Shown here piece by piece: positions 36,309 through 50,206 of a stretch of DNA of 64,000 bases; position 1 is the first letter of the stretch; each line of letters opens with the position of its first letter. The stretch is from Antedon mediterranea. Lineage: Eukaryota > Animalia > Echinodermata. Made by a program: the position numbers and the translations under genes. Under the pieces are notes generated by a model, which had not been told where the DNA came from, did no database searches, and saw only the letters and a program-made list of their open reading frames with translations. The stretch covers positions 8,122,001-8,186,000 of the forward strand of contig NC_092680.1 in NCBI RefSeq assembly GCF_964355755.1, given 5' to 3'.

Positions 36309-39300
36309 TCAAAAAGTGATGATAGTTTTTCCTCTAGAGTGTCCTGTTGCTACGTGGTCAAATGCACTTTTAAAATCTTCAAAGGAATACGATTTCTCAA
36401 TAACCGGTTGAATCTGCAAAGTGTATTATAAGTTTATTATTCATTACACTCAGTCTACACTATCAAACTAGTTTGCCAAAAAAAAAGGGTGATGTGCACA
36501 AATATGGTAGTGATATGACATCATCATGTCTATATATGGGCACATCACACTTTTTTTGTCACATAAAGTTTGATAGTGTAGACATAACTTTAGAATTACT
36601 ACTAACTTACACAATGGATTAATATATATATTCATTAATCCATGCTTATACACATACAACATATTTTAAAAGATAAACATGTCTAAACTATCAAACTCGT
36701 TTGACAAAAAAAATATATGGTGTAGTGATGTGCCCAAATATATGGTATAGTGATATGCTCAAATATGGCCGTGACATCATCATGTCTATATGGTCACATC
36801 ACATATTTTGTATCACATAAAGTTTGATAGATATGATAAAAAGAAAGGAATATTGTAGACAGAATTTAAACTTTATACGACATACCTTTCCACTGTCGAC
36901 GAGTTTGCGAATATATTTCAAAGCTCTTCCGTTTGCTGAAAAGAATCCCCACGAAAGTCGTTTTCCTAGTAGTCTCTGTGAAACACACAATAGTATTTAT
37001 AAATAGTAATATTTATAAGTTTTTACAATAATTTTATTTTCGTATGAACTGGCTTTCTAGAACTTTATTTGAAAATATCTGAAAATCTTTTATTTTACAT
37101 GGTTACTTTATAACTGTGATAATTGATGCCTTGCAATTTTATTGAATATTGTTTAATTCTGCAAATGATGGATTAATACTGCCAATTACGTACACGGAAG
37201 ATCAATAAGGGGCGAAGATAGTCGTTTAGTTCACGCGTTGTATTCAAGTGTATGTAAGCAACATCACTCAACACCTTACAAAAGTTGAATATTTAACAAT
37301 AATTGTTACCATCAAATTACGTACCCGTAATAAATTTAATTGTAAGTATTTCAAAAAGATTCTGATGCCGCCAAGTACGAGACCGTGTTTATCGGTAAGA
37401 AGCATTACAGGTGAAACCAGAGAAACAATTCGTCCAGAACGTTTACAGACGCTAAAGCATGAGTTGTAGAATTTTGGACCCATGGTGTCTAAAATGAAAT
37501 CAAATCTGTGGGCACAAACAGAAACAAATTAAAATTTAGTGATTTATTATTATAAACACTGATTCACTCAGTCACTCCTTAATACTGTACTGTAGTACTC
37601 GTCAGCGTCTGACGTCATAATCCTCATTAATGGTGTTAGAGGCATCTCACACGGGTGCAGATCCTGGGGACATTATGGTACCCGTTTTTTCCATTTTGCG
37701 GCCGCCAGGTGTCATTCAAAACGGATCGGCGTCCTTCCTTTCAATAGGCTAACTTGTTTACCAGGGGCGCGCGTAGGCTGGGAGTGGTAGTGCGGGGGTT
37801 TTGTGGAATAGAGTAAAGATATGCGAGCTACTGTATTTGGAGATTCAATATTTTTAAGTAGAGAAAACTCACTTAAACCTTTTAGGGGATTAATTTAATT
37901 GCTTTATGAATTGGTAGGCTTTTATGTGTGGCTCGCGCTGTTTGTATTTTATTATTTTGTTCATGTTACGCATGAATTGCATACCTCACTGGCTAGCACT
38001 GGTATGGAAGGTCCCGGAGACATTACGGGGACCTGAAGCAGATTTTCCAAATTTTTTTTCTTCAGCACCAATCTGTTTCCGTGAACCAAGCAGCTTTATT
38101 TTAAAAATAAATTCAGCTAGGATCAGGGAGTATTCTCGCATTTACATGTACACCTCCCAGACAGCAGCTCCTACGCTTCTGTTTATATTCATTGATCCGT
38201 CGGAGTGGGCCTTATATGTTCAGTCGTAATTCACGAAAAATTGTTTAAACAATCGGTTCGTATTGATTAAATTTACCGCGCGCATGAAAACTTACTTCTC
38301 TTCGTTTTTAAGAGCTTCAGAAAATTCTTGTTTCCTATAATCGATTACGTTGTCAGCACCGAGTTTTTCAACCAATGGGATTCCAGTTGTGCTGCAAGTA
38401 GTGGTGACGTAACATCCCCAAGCTTTGAAAAGTTGAATAGCAAACGTTCCTATTCCACCAGTTCCAGCCAATACCAATACTCTTAAAAGATAATTGATAT
38501 TAAAATATTATTATGGCATTTAGTATCGATAATTTAGTATTATTACTCTTCTCTGTAAATTATGGTGGCATAATATTATATTGTAAAGATCACAATTTAA
38601 ATATATTAACAAAATGGTTGAGCTAGCCCAAATGAAAAAAGCATTAGTCAAAATGTAAATAAATAAATACTAAAACAAGGGCATTTTCAACAATACACTT
38701 ATAGTATTTATTTCTGACAAACAATTGATTATTTATATGTACATGTAGCCCTACACCGTTACCTTTTCCCCTTCGCAGTTTTCTCTGATATGCAACCTTC
38801 TATTGCGCTCCATGTCGTCAAAAATACATACGGAATTGAGGCTGCTTGCTCAAATGTAAGCCCTTTGGGCTTAAGACTAATCTCATGTTCCTTTACAACT
38901 ACGAACTCTGCTAAACATCCATAGGGTCTGGCCACTTCTATTGCTCCCCAAATCTGTAATAATATGTAAAGTTAGTGTCCCGTCTAAACCATTGATCTAA
39001 ACAAAGGTTCTTCCCTTACGTAAGCGCAACATAGGTTATTTGACCAATAAATGCGATGGCTATAACTGCGCTTGTCATTGGTCAACTAACTTGTGCGTTG
39101 CGCTTCATTATTGTGTTGTGCCAACCATGGAGGTATAAAAATAGTTTTTTTAATTTTTTTTTATACCGCCATGGCTCCACCTTATTGACACGGTATAATG
39201 AATGGTTATTTCTTCGAGTTTCAATTATTTAGTATTCATTATATGCCTTTACTATTAAAAAATGATAGAAATCTAACCTCTTGTCCCGGTTTGAATATCT

Positions 39301-40840
39301 TAACTTTGTCTCCAACTGCCTCTACAATTCCTGCACAATCTCTTCCAAGAGTAATGGGGAATTCCTTTCCATCTCCAGCAGGGTACTGACCAAAAAATAA
39401 TACTAATAATGATAACATTTTATATAAGTTTTAAAAATGCTCTGCACAACAACTAAACAACTAAGTAATTGCTAACAACCAATTATTCAACAAAGACTAT
39501 ATCTTAATGTGAAAAGTATGTTGAAGCCCACCTGAAATGCAACGCAAAAACGCAAGTGAGTTGACCAATCACAAGTGACAGTTGAGATGATCCATCGCGT
39601 CGTGATTGCTCAAATTACTTTACTTACACATTTATTCACAATTACATTTACAATATTTAATAGTACAGTATGCCAAAAAAAGCGAGTGCATGTCAGGTAA
39701 CCATTTAAATGTACGGATACATACGGTACATTCAACAAAAAGTATGTACAAAAAAAAAAGCAAAACTGTAGGTACAATAATTAAGATAAAATGTTAAACG
39801 TACATTCATTCCTCGTCTAATTTTGTTGAATACTCGGCTTCCATATCCTTCACTTATTCTAATATCGATGGGATTGATTGACGATGCTTTTACACGGATC
39901 AACAGTTCATAATCCTGAAGATTTTCAGGTCGAGGATTATTACTAGTTAATCTGATTACGTCATCGCCATATTCATCAATAGTGATTGCTTTCATTCCAT
40001 CCGTACATGTGCTTCTTGGTTTTCTTCTCATATTGTCCTGTACTTTTCTCTGTTTATTGGATTGCGTGAAGAATGACACAGTGGCAGTGATGACGAAGAA
40101 AATAGACACAAATTTCCTAGTTACTAAAAAAAAGAAAAGAATACAGTAGGCCTATAGAAAGAAGTTGCTGTCGATTAACAGGAGGGATCAACAGGGGATG
40201 CGTTTAGGTACAGAGAGGGCCGGTACGACGATAGAGACCAACGAACATGAACATCATAGAGTATAGAAGATAATCTAAGTATTTCTAAAAAGGATGATAC
40301 ATAGACTGAGTAAAACATGGTGAGAAGTCACTAGACAAAGCTGAATGTACCGTTTTACAAAACATCGATAGCAATTGGAAGGATGCACAGTGACACGATT
40401 TAATACTCTGTCTACACTATCAAACTGTATGTAACAAACACAATATGATGGACATGACATAGTGTCATATCGCTACCATATTTGGGCATATCACTACCAT
40501 ATTTGATAGTGTAGAAAGAGCCTTAGAAATTACACAGAGGGCATCGAGTAGATTGGAAGCAATTGCACGTGATATAGAAATGTATATACATATTATAATA
40601 TAATAATCAAAACTTCTTTTTCTTGCCTTGCTCTTTAAATAAAGCTTAAAACAATATATACAAACAAACTCACATAATGTTCTATAAGCCTACTTGTGTT
40701 TTTTAAGGGCGGGTGGTTCTATGTTATGTCGATGACCAGTGTTACTTACTCGGTATATCACTCACAAAATATTCAAAATCATCAGGAATAACCACAAGTG
40801 ATAGAATCGCTAAACCGGCAAACAAAATTGAAACCCACAT
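36309..40840 (-). CDS. RTN4IP1-like NADPH quinone oxidoreductase (MDR superfamily)
   Basis: Exons 40840-40750 (less certain), 40123-39804, 39385-39278, 38953-38763, 38481-38296, 37505-37325, 36975-36886, 36413-36309. Motifs: LIRVKASSINPIDIRISEGYG, EFPITLGRDCAG, AASIPYVFLTTWSA, VLVLAGTGGIGTFAIQLFKAWG, LGADNVIDY, GKIQPVIEKSYSF, GHSRGKTII. Confidence 0.9.
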
Positions 40841-41619
40841 CTTTTGAATCTAAATCAAAGAGAACGTTTAAATGTATTAGGCCTAAGCTTAGATTTATAC
40901 AAAGCAAACTGTACAAATAAGAATTCAGGAACTATTAGGCCTATGTATAATATTATATCAAGTCATATCTTATGACCTGGCGTATATTATTTTGTTTATC
41001 CAAAGAAAAAAAAGATCATCATCTTCGAAAGGTTCCTTTATTTGTAGCCTTACCTGCTTTGGTCTTCAGTGAGATACTTTCGTTCTTAGGCCTACTCCTT
41101 GCCAAAATTGTCTTTCTTTTTATTGAAGTAGATAGGTTTAATGATATCCTGTTTAGATTTTACCAGCATACTGTTTGACCCTGTGTCGAACGTGATTACC
41201 TATCTACTTAAAGTATATAGTAATTCATTGATAGGTTAATCACAGAACTTTGGACTCACAATCTCAGAATCAAGAAGCCAGCGGTTTCAGTAAATAATTT
41301 TCAAACTGGACTCCGACGGAGTACTACTATAGTACTGGTAGTACTTTGATGATCGATTATACAAATACACAGTATTATATGCCTACCTATTATAGCCTAG
41401 GTTCGTGCGTTTGTTATATACACAAAACGTTTTGAAATTTAAATTAGTTTCAAACCTTAGTACAGTATTATATATTGCTCATGCTTAAACGCGCATTCTT
41501 TCCCTTTCAATATTACTAAAATATAATCCTTTTTAAATAAAATTGTTCCGTAGTATAAGACATGACCATTTATAAAGTTTAAGTTTACAATTAAAATGGC
41601 ATTGGTTTAACCCCGAGAC

Positions 41620-43750
41620 AAGGTTATCTATCATTTATTCAAGAGATTTTGTCTATAATACAAAAGTTAGAAATTGCCAATATATTTGCCAAAGAATGGA
41701 AACTTGGTTTTAATCATGAAAAATCAAATGTCATGGTTGTTGGAAAACGCATAAATAAAGATAAAGAGAGGAAATTAGGTGAAAAACCGATAAAAGAAGT
41801 AAATAGTTATAAATATTTAGGGGTCTATATTTCCTCAAACATGAGTGAACATTCACATTATGAACATGTTATCCAAAAGGGCAACCGGCTTATAGCTTAT
41901 ATATAAATTATTAAATAGTTTATCCATCCTGTAATTGGCGGGTTACTCGCTGTTGGATGAGTATGAAATAAAAAAAAAAAGAAAAAAAAAAAAAGGTATC
42001 ATAGCTAATCTTGATGACTTTAACCGGTGTACTATGGAAACATACCGTGGAAAACCATTGCAATTCCTTCAATAAATTATGCTTGTAGCATTTGGTATAA
42101 TAAATCCAAGAAGGATAACGAAGACCTAGAGAAAGTGCAATTGCAAATGGCCCGCTTTCTTCTCAAAGCTCCACGGTATACTCCAAAAGAGGCACTTTAT
42201 GGTGACCTTGGGTGGGTTCCATTATCGAAGTTACACAAACCAGGGAGTTGAAACTGTCCAGAGTTAAATTATTTAATCGTTTTATAATTATGGATGACCA
42301 CAGGTGGCATAATATTGTACTTAATTCTATGCTACAATTGAAATGTGACTTTGATCGTTTAAAATATAAATTTCTTTTCCGAGTAGCAAAAATCAAGAAT
42401 TGGGCTGGGGAACACAATTCTATTTTGAGAACGGAGAGGGCGGGTTTTCGACCTCTTTGATCAAGCACCCTCTCTGTTAACACGATCACATTAAGTTGAA
42501 GACAATTTTCCCTCTCTCCCGCCCAATATTTAGACACTTATGGTAATAGGGCTATTTTTCTCTGAGCATCCCTGTTGTGCTTACTTAGAATTGGAAAATT
42601 ATTGCTATATAACTTATATTTGCTTATGGCTTTTATGTGCAGTTTTACATGGGCGAATGTTCATTTACTAATTAAACTATTTAAGCCACAACTTATGTTG
42701 TATGCGTCTTTATTATTCTATGAGTTTGTTAATTGTCGCAGTCTCCGAGTAGCAAAATAAATTTCTTAGTAGTTGTGTTGACATATTTGAAAAATGTACA
42801 GATATAGACTTTTACAACAATGTTTTTGATAATGATAGTTTAACTCTTGTTCCTTTCTCAGTCAGCAATGTCGAGCGATGTGTGTCAGAATCATAAATCA
42901 GAGTGGTCAAATAATACAATGCAAAAAACCTCATTAAATTTATACTCAAAATTGAAACCTTTCCCTAATTTAGAAAAATATTTACTTTATAAAACACATT
43001 TTTATGAGACAAGTCTGAAATTTAAATTAAGATCTAACACTCTACCTTTAGATTGTAAAACTTATAAATGGTCGTCCGGTCTTTGTACTTTATGTGGGAA
43101 TGGTGAAATTGAAGACATTAAACATTTTTTTTATTAAACTGTAAAGCATTTGATAATATTAGAATGAAAGAATTATCCATTCTACAAAATAATCTTGTGC
43201 TCTGTAATGATTATGACACATGGAATCGTTACACAACAGCAAGTGCTGATGATAAATTACAGTATATTCTATCGCGATTTGTAAAGAATCTGAGACCTTT
43301 TTTTATTTGTTTTGTAAACAATAGGCCTACACAAGAGCTGCATGGGAGAAACGGTCAGAACTTAAATCTCCCAATATATAGATTGTTTTTCTTTTGTATT
43401 GTTGCTTTTATATATGATTTGTAAATATTATACACCTGTGATAACAACTATAGGTCCTCAGTACCTGATGTTGAAACACAATTGTTTGTAATGTAAACTC
43501 TTTACTATATTTTATGTTTATTTTTATATACCTTTTTAAATTATTAACTCAAACCTATGATACTGTAGGACAATTTAATACAGTACCTGTATTACCATGT
43601 TGATAATGATTTTTCTTTTATATTTTTGCAAATAGTTTAAGAACCTGTATCCGTCATATAATGTATTGTTTTGATGTATTATGTTAAATTGGATGCACCA
43701 CTTCTGTGTGTGCCACCGATGCAAAGGTGTCATTTCCTAATAAATTATTA
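41620..43750 (+). mobile_element. Degenerate 5'-truncated LINE (RT C-terminus and Cys-rich end) with frameshifts and two nested insertions
   Basis: Fragments FAKEWKLGFNHEKSNVM, YKYLGVYI, IPSINYACSIW, LEKVQLQMARFLLKAPRYTPKEALYGDLGW, KFKLRSNTLPL and CTLCGNGEIEDIKHFF occur in colinear order. AATAAA near 43739 is a possible 3' end. Confidence 0.85.
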
Positions 43751-44196
43751 TTATTTTAATACAAGTAAATGGTTGCAACAGAAATAAAAATAGATTTATT
43801 TAGGCCCTTTTAATCAACACTATGTCAAAAGGATAGCAGTACAGTACAGAATTTCATTTTCAATAATTGTTTTAGTAATTCGAGATCAATGACTTTTACT
43901 AAAAAAAAAATCGACACCGTCTTCGAATCGTAGTAGGCATATCCTATAGACAAAATATCGAATTATTAAAGGCATCATTTTGAAATGTTGGGGCAGGTAA
44001 AAGACGTCTTAATTTAGTTTGGTTATTTATTTCGCGGGGTTGAATACCAGTAATGTGATTGGCTATCAGCATTTATGTCAACTGGAACCTTATTAATTGT
44101 GTTTTACACATAATAAATCATAGTCAAGCTTTTGTACTGTACAATGCCTTTATTACAAATTAAACAACTGAGAGGATTCCACGAAATCGATGTATT

Positions 44197-44514
44197 TTAA
44201 AGATGTATTGTCCTCCAAAAACATGAAAAATGAAGATTAATTAAATCAGAATTTGAATATTTTATTTTGTAGTTTTAATAAAGTTAATCACTTCCATAGA
44301 AAAAAAAAAGTTTTCACTTATAAAATGACAAAATAAATGGTTGAATTTAAACAAAAATCCATTGGCTGGCAATGCCAATTTTTTGCAGTAAATTACATTT
44401 TTGTCAGGTAAATACATTTTTCTACGATCCCATTTTTGGTCAAAGTTGATAACTATTTTGTTACATTAAAATGGAATATTCAACAAATTTTTTTTAAAGA
44501 ATTATTATCTTTAA
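44197..44514. mobile_element. MITE family D (TTAA-flanked, Kolobok-like), copy 1
   Basis: TTAA-AGATGTATTGTCC...ATCT-TTAA, an inverted homolog of 47985-48281. Confidence 0.7.
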
Positions 44515-45092
44515 ATGGTTACTTCTTTGCAAGAAGAAATCATTCATTATACAATATAATATATTATATATAATACTTAAACGACTATACTTTTACACAA
44601 AAGTAATGTTATAATGTATCACAAATAGATTGAATTAAATCATAGAGATATTATAGTTAACTATAATAATTCTATGATTAAAGAGCAGAGTGCATGCACA
44701 GATATTTCAAGACAATACGTAATCTATTTTAAGATAAAATTAGAATTATAATTGCAAATTTGAGCACCATTTCTGAACATCATCCTGCATCTACCAGTGT
44801 TAATGACTAAAGTATCATTTTTTCATGGTAGCAAGGCTTCAGCAGAACCACTATGGAGACAAGGTCAGGATTTTTAAAAAGTGTCTATTTAATAGTTGTG
44901 TCCCCTGAATAGTACTTCCTCACTTCACAGGAAAGCTTCCTAAATTTATTTTAAAATGATTTTAGTTGAGAACAAATCTGGGCGGGCATTGGAATGCATT
45001 CACAATCTACTAAATACGAGAAAACATTGAAAATAATATAAGGCAGTGTTTGTACATTTTTAAACACCTTGGTAATGTTTAAGGTGGCAGAC

Positions 45093-48000
45093 TTAGTCGT
45101 CTGCAACTCCTAATTCATCGCCTTCATCTTCATCACCACTGACCTCTTGATTCTGTTGTTCTAACTGTTGCAACTGTTTCTCTAATTCTAACTCCTCTAC
45201 GTCTGTCACCACACGAGGCTGTAAAACAAATACATTTATATACCGTATTAAGTGAAAAATATCAAACTCAAACAAATGATAGTTCTCACGCACAAATTGG
45301 ATGAGGGACTCGCTTCGTCGGAAAGCTATTATACTATGGAATTTGTTATCAGAGAATGTAGTATCTTCCAGATCAACAAATCAATTTAAGTCAGGTCTTA
45401 AATGGGCATGGTCCAACCACCCTCTAAAATGTGCTCCGTATTCAAGATTTGATGTTATTTTCATAGCCTAGCCTCGACTCCGGACCAAGCAAATGCTGAG
45501 CACCGGAAACAAGTAAGTAAGTAAACAAATAAGTATGATTGCAAATATATGACAGATCATGTTTCCTATATTTCTAGTGCATGGATGTAATTGTGCTAGG
45601 CAGAGGTCCACCACTCTTGTAGTCAACCACCCAGTCTAAAGCTGTGTCTACACTAACAAACTTTATGTGACAGAAAAATGTGATGGACACAATGATGTCA
45701 TATCACTACCATACTTTTTTGTGAAATAAAGTTTGATAGTGTAGACAGAGCTTTTGCCTTATTTTACGGTCTTCCAACCAGCCTAATATGTCAACATTAT
45801 TAGCCACACAAGAAACCTACGGGTAACTGAAAGAACTGGTGTGTTTTTTATACACCCTATACTTCAGTAGCTACATCCCTGTAAGTGTAAAAACAGTTCA
45901 TACCGCCATTTGTATGTTAAACATGCCATGGTTATTTTCTATGCTGCGTTTGATATCTTCAATTGCTTTTTGTAACGTTGTCAGGCCTTCTGTCTTCTCA
46001 AGCGTGGTAGTTGTAACAACATACTGTGGAGGTGCTATAAGGTTTATCTGCAAACAAAATGTACAATTACTAGCAAATTGAACCCTATTGAAAATGTTAT
46101 TGACTTTTGGTTAACAAAATTTCAAAAATGTATCAGCAAATACCATGTTTGGAAAGCACTTGGCCTACCAAGTGGCATGTCTTCCACAAGCATTCTGCTT
46201 TTTTTTAACATGCCTTAGTCAACTGTTATCGGTTTAAAAAAAATTCATCTTGTTTGAACTTTGTACCCATTGTTTTATATGCAGATGCCAAAGAATGTTT
46301 CAAATAGCACCATTTACTGTATGTAATGTATTTCATAGTTATATTAAAAAAATGTACTTTCTGATACATTACCTTTATTGGCATATCTTCTGTAGAGTGA
46401 TCTAATCCCTTTGAGAGGGCACCCTTTATAGCATCAATACCCTCATAGCCATAACATGATACTTCAATATCTGAACAAATAAAATTGGAATAGGGGTGTG
46501 CATCACATGGGAAATACGAATAATAATTATTTAGTTGAACAGTTATTAGCCAGTTAAGTTTTGGCAACAGAAACAGGACCTAAAAGTACTGCAAGAGACA
46601 TACTTGAACAGTATTCTTTAATACAAGTATCTAAAGGTCTGTCTACACTATCAAACCTTTTCTGACGTGCCCATATATGGATATGATGTCATATCACAAG
46701 CATATTTGGGCATATCACTACATATTTGGGTACATCACACTTTTTTTTGTCAAACTAGTTTGATAGTGCAGACAGAGTCGTCTATAATTTAGTGGACTTA
46801 ATTTTAAAATTAATAACAGAAAAACTGTGAAAGACATACCAGCACGGATTTTGACAGCTTGTGGAGTGAGTCGTCGTTTTATTTGTGTCATTAAACAATC
46901 CAACGTTGGTTCATCCAGATTGCATTCAGCTAGTACACTGGGATCACTAAAAACAACATAAGGTGAATTGTTTGAATAAGTGCGTTTTATGATGTTAAAT
47001 TCTTATGTAGTATAGTAACAGTATAGCGTTATTTCAATGGGTTTTTTTTTATTTCTTGAATGTAACGTAAATACTCTGCTCTTAACTTGAATCTGTATTC
47101 TATGTTAACAATTTCATTAAACAAATAAAGTTTCTTGTATTTATATATATTTAAGTGTAAATAAAGTCTCAAAACTTAAAACCAAGAAATGCTTTTAAAC
47201 TGTGTTTTTCAAGACACTATAAAAGTAAAAATGAAATTCTGTATATTTTCAAACTAACCTTACACTGTTCTTGAAAACTTCATGTGCGCCATATCCAGGT
47301 TTATTCAGTTTCTTATCAAAGTACCATGCCGTCTTTGTGTACAAATCTTCTAATTGTTGATCAGACTCATATTTCATTATCTCTCCTACGTGCCTTAAAA
47401 TTTGATTAACCTGTAATGTAAAATTCATTTTTTAACAATAGCATACTATACTTTTTTATACTTACAATTTTAATAAATTGATAATCAATAAGTTATGTTT
47501 TCCCTTGTGTACTATTACAATGCGATATTAAACAAAATCCAAAAAGTGAGGCAAGCCATTATGATGTTTTATATTATCATATTCAAACTTATTTATGACC
47601 TTTTGGTATAGCAATGTGCAATATCATAAAAAAAACATGATTCTATTAAGTTTCATACTTAAAGTAATATTTTAATACAAATTAATTTAATAAAATTATG
47701 CATTTTACGGACTTACCGCTTTTGCTTTAGCAAATTTTTCTTCACATTTTGCAATTTCTTCTTGTGAAACTCTTCTCTTAGAAAGGTCAATATACCCTGA
47801 TAAAAATATAAGATTTACAATCTTGAAAAATAATTTGTAGATTCTTCTTTTAAATTAATTTAGTCCAACATGAATTATTCGGTTTTCTTTTAGCTTTTCT
47901 TATAAATTAAGCATTGGACAGGATATTCTTTTGTATCATTGATTTGTAAATGGAAAAAAAAATGTTTTTATATACACATATTAAAGATATATTGTCCAGC

Positions 48001-48640
48001 CTAAACAATACGCCATTTTAATGTCACGTAATAGTTATTCACTTTGACCAAAAACTGGATCGAAAAAAAAAAAGATTTACATGACAAAATGTAATTTAAA
48101 GCAAAAAATACTTGAATTGTTTCTCAGACAATAGTGTTTGTTTAAAATTAACAGTAGAAAAATGAAATAATAATTTTTTTTTTTACAAAAGTGAAAAACT
48201 TTATTATAACTGCAAAATGGCCTATTTAAAGTCTGATTTTATTAATCTTAATTGTTCTTGTTTTTGGGGTACAATACATCTTTAAGCATTAGGCAGGATA
48301 TTCTTTTGTATTGTTGATTTGTAAATGAAATAAAAAGTTTTTATATATACATATTAACTATCTGATAACTAACAAAAATAAAGAAAATTACTATAAAATT
48401 ACCTTTTTCTTTGTCTACCCTAATAACTACCACACATTCATTCTTGCCAACACGGATAAGTTTGTTGATAGATCGAATACGTCGCCTTGAAAGTTCACTG
48501 AGAAGAATCATGCCCTCGATGTTGTTGTATTCTAAAAGATTTACATATGCACCCATCTCAGCAATTGATGTTACTGTTACCATAACAACATCTTCTACTT
48601 CCGGGAAATTGTTCCCATAAAAGCGGCATGATATCGTCAT
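45093..48640 (-). CDS. EIF2S1: Eukaryotic translation initiation factor 2 subunit alpha
   Basis: Exons 48640-48403, 47796-47717, 47410-47259, 46946-46840, 46470-46373, 46047-45904, 45218-45093. Motifs: [17 protein letters not shown], the Ser51 motif [72 protein letters not shown], and an acidic tail. A probable non-coding exon at about 49388-49295 starts in a pyrimidine tract. Confidence 0.98.
47981..48285. mobile_element. MITE family D (TTAA-flanked, Kolobok-like), copy 2, in an EIF2S1 intron
   Basis: TTAA-AGATATATTGTCC...GTACAATACATCT-TTAA. Confidence 0.75.
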
Positions 48641-49294
48641 TGTGAAATTCTCTTTCTGTGTTTGTATCTGTTAGATTTATTTCTGTATTGATTTAAAAAT
48701 AAATATAAATTATTATGAAAATATCTTTTAAATTTGCTTACATTTGTATTTTTAGTTTTGTAAATCCAAAAACAGGGCTGGATATCAAATGTTAACATTA
48801 TATTTAATGTTATTGTTTGTGATATTTAATTGTACAGGTACGTTATTATACATGAAAATAGTGATTGGATATTCGATCCGAAACTGAAGACTGCCCTCTG
48901 TGTGATGTTTGTGCATGTCTTGACGATTGACGCGTTTAGAAATGATAGAAAAGTTTAACAATTATTTTAACTGATTTTAACTTGTTTCTGGAAATAAAAA
49001 TATATACAAGCTAAATTTACCACTTAAGCATGTTAATAACATGCACTTGATGTCATTTTATATATCATAAAACCTTGTCGAGTATAGCCTAGATCTAGCC
49101 TAACCTCTAGGCTATAGGCTACAATCTACATATAGCTAGCCCAGTAATAATAGTAGTATGACCGGGTCGGCGGGCGGACCAAGTAAGCTACCAAGCTGGT
49201 GGTGTTTTTAAGCAAAGTTTCGCTATAGCCTATATAATAATATAATAACTGTATTCATTTAAACATACAACATACTAAGTCAAAACAACCTTAC

Positions 49295-49800
49295 CTTGGA
49301 TTTGTTTTATAATAAAAGGCGATTAAAACCAACGTTTTGGTCTAAATATGTTGCATCAGCCTGATATCGCATGGAAAGAGAAAGAGGGATAGAGGCAGTG
49401 TATTTTTTGGCTTCAGTCAAATAATGAAAGTGCGGTTCAACACGAAACTCATATTATTGTATTTCTTTTTCTAAATAAACCCCTATTATTCAATGAAATA
49501 ACCAATAGACCGTCTATAAGCCGATAAGGTATTCCTACATTTTAGGTATCTAATCTGGCTAGGAACAATTAATATCTAAGAGGCATATTCATTGACACAT
49601 CAATGACATTTTTTTACAGTAAAGTTGTATATGCCATGTTATAACTACAACCGTACGATTGTAAGTAAATTGGTATTTACGGACCGCCACGATGCACCTA
49701 TCACGTCTGTGTAAATTTTTTTATTTTAGCTAGCTCGCACATATGTAATAACTAAAATTGAGATTGAAAAAGTCCTACACCCGCCGCCGCGAGCAGGTTA
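49295..49800. promoter_or_regulatory. Putative bidirectional promoter for EIF2S1 and RAE1
   Basis: A minus-strand donor at 49294 and a plus-strand donor CAG|GTTAGT at 49796 delimit two divergent non-coding first exons about 300 bp apart. Confidence 0.6.
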
Positions 49801-50206
49801 GTAAATTGTCTATTGATATTGTTTCTGCATATTTGGAAATGACAAACAATTTGAAGAATTTGGATTAGGGTCCAAGCTGATTTATTGTTAACATACCTAA
49901 ACATACATAAGTGCAGAATTTACTGAAATAAAAACTAAGCCTAGGCCTAGCTAGTAGCCTAGGCCTACCTCCTAGCTAGTATAGTAAGGCCAGGCCTACT
50001 ACTACTACGACGCTAGTGCTACTAGGCCTACTAGCCTCTAGGTAGGGTAGGCCCGTGTTAGTGTAGGGCTCTAGGCCTAATAAATAATACGCCTGACTAG
50101 CCTCTCTCTAGCTAGGTACTCCTAGGCCTACTCCTAGTAGTAGCTAGCTAGGGCTAGAGTAGCTACTAGGACTCTGGAGTCCTAATTGCCTACTACTACC
50201 TAGGGA

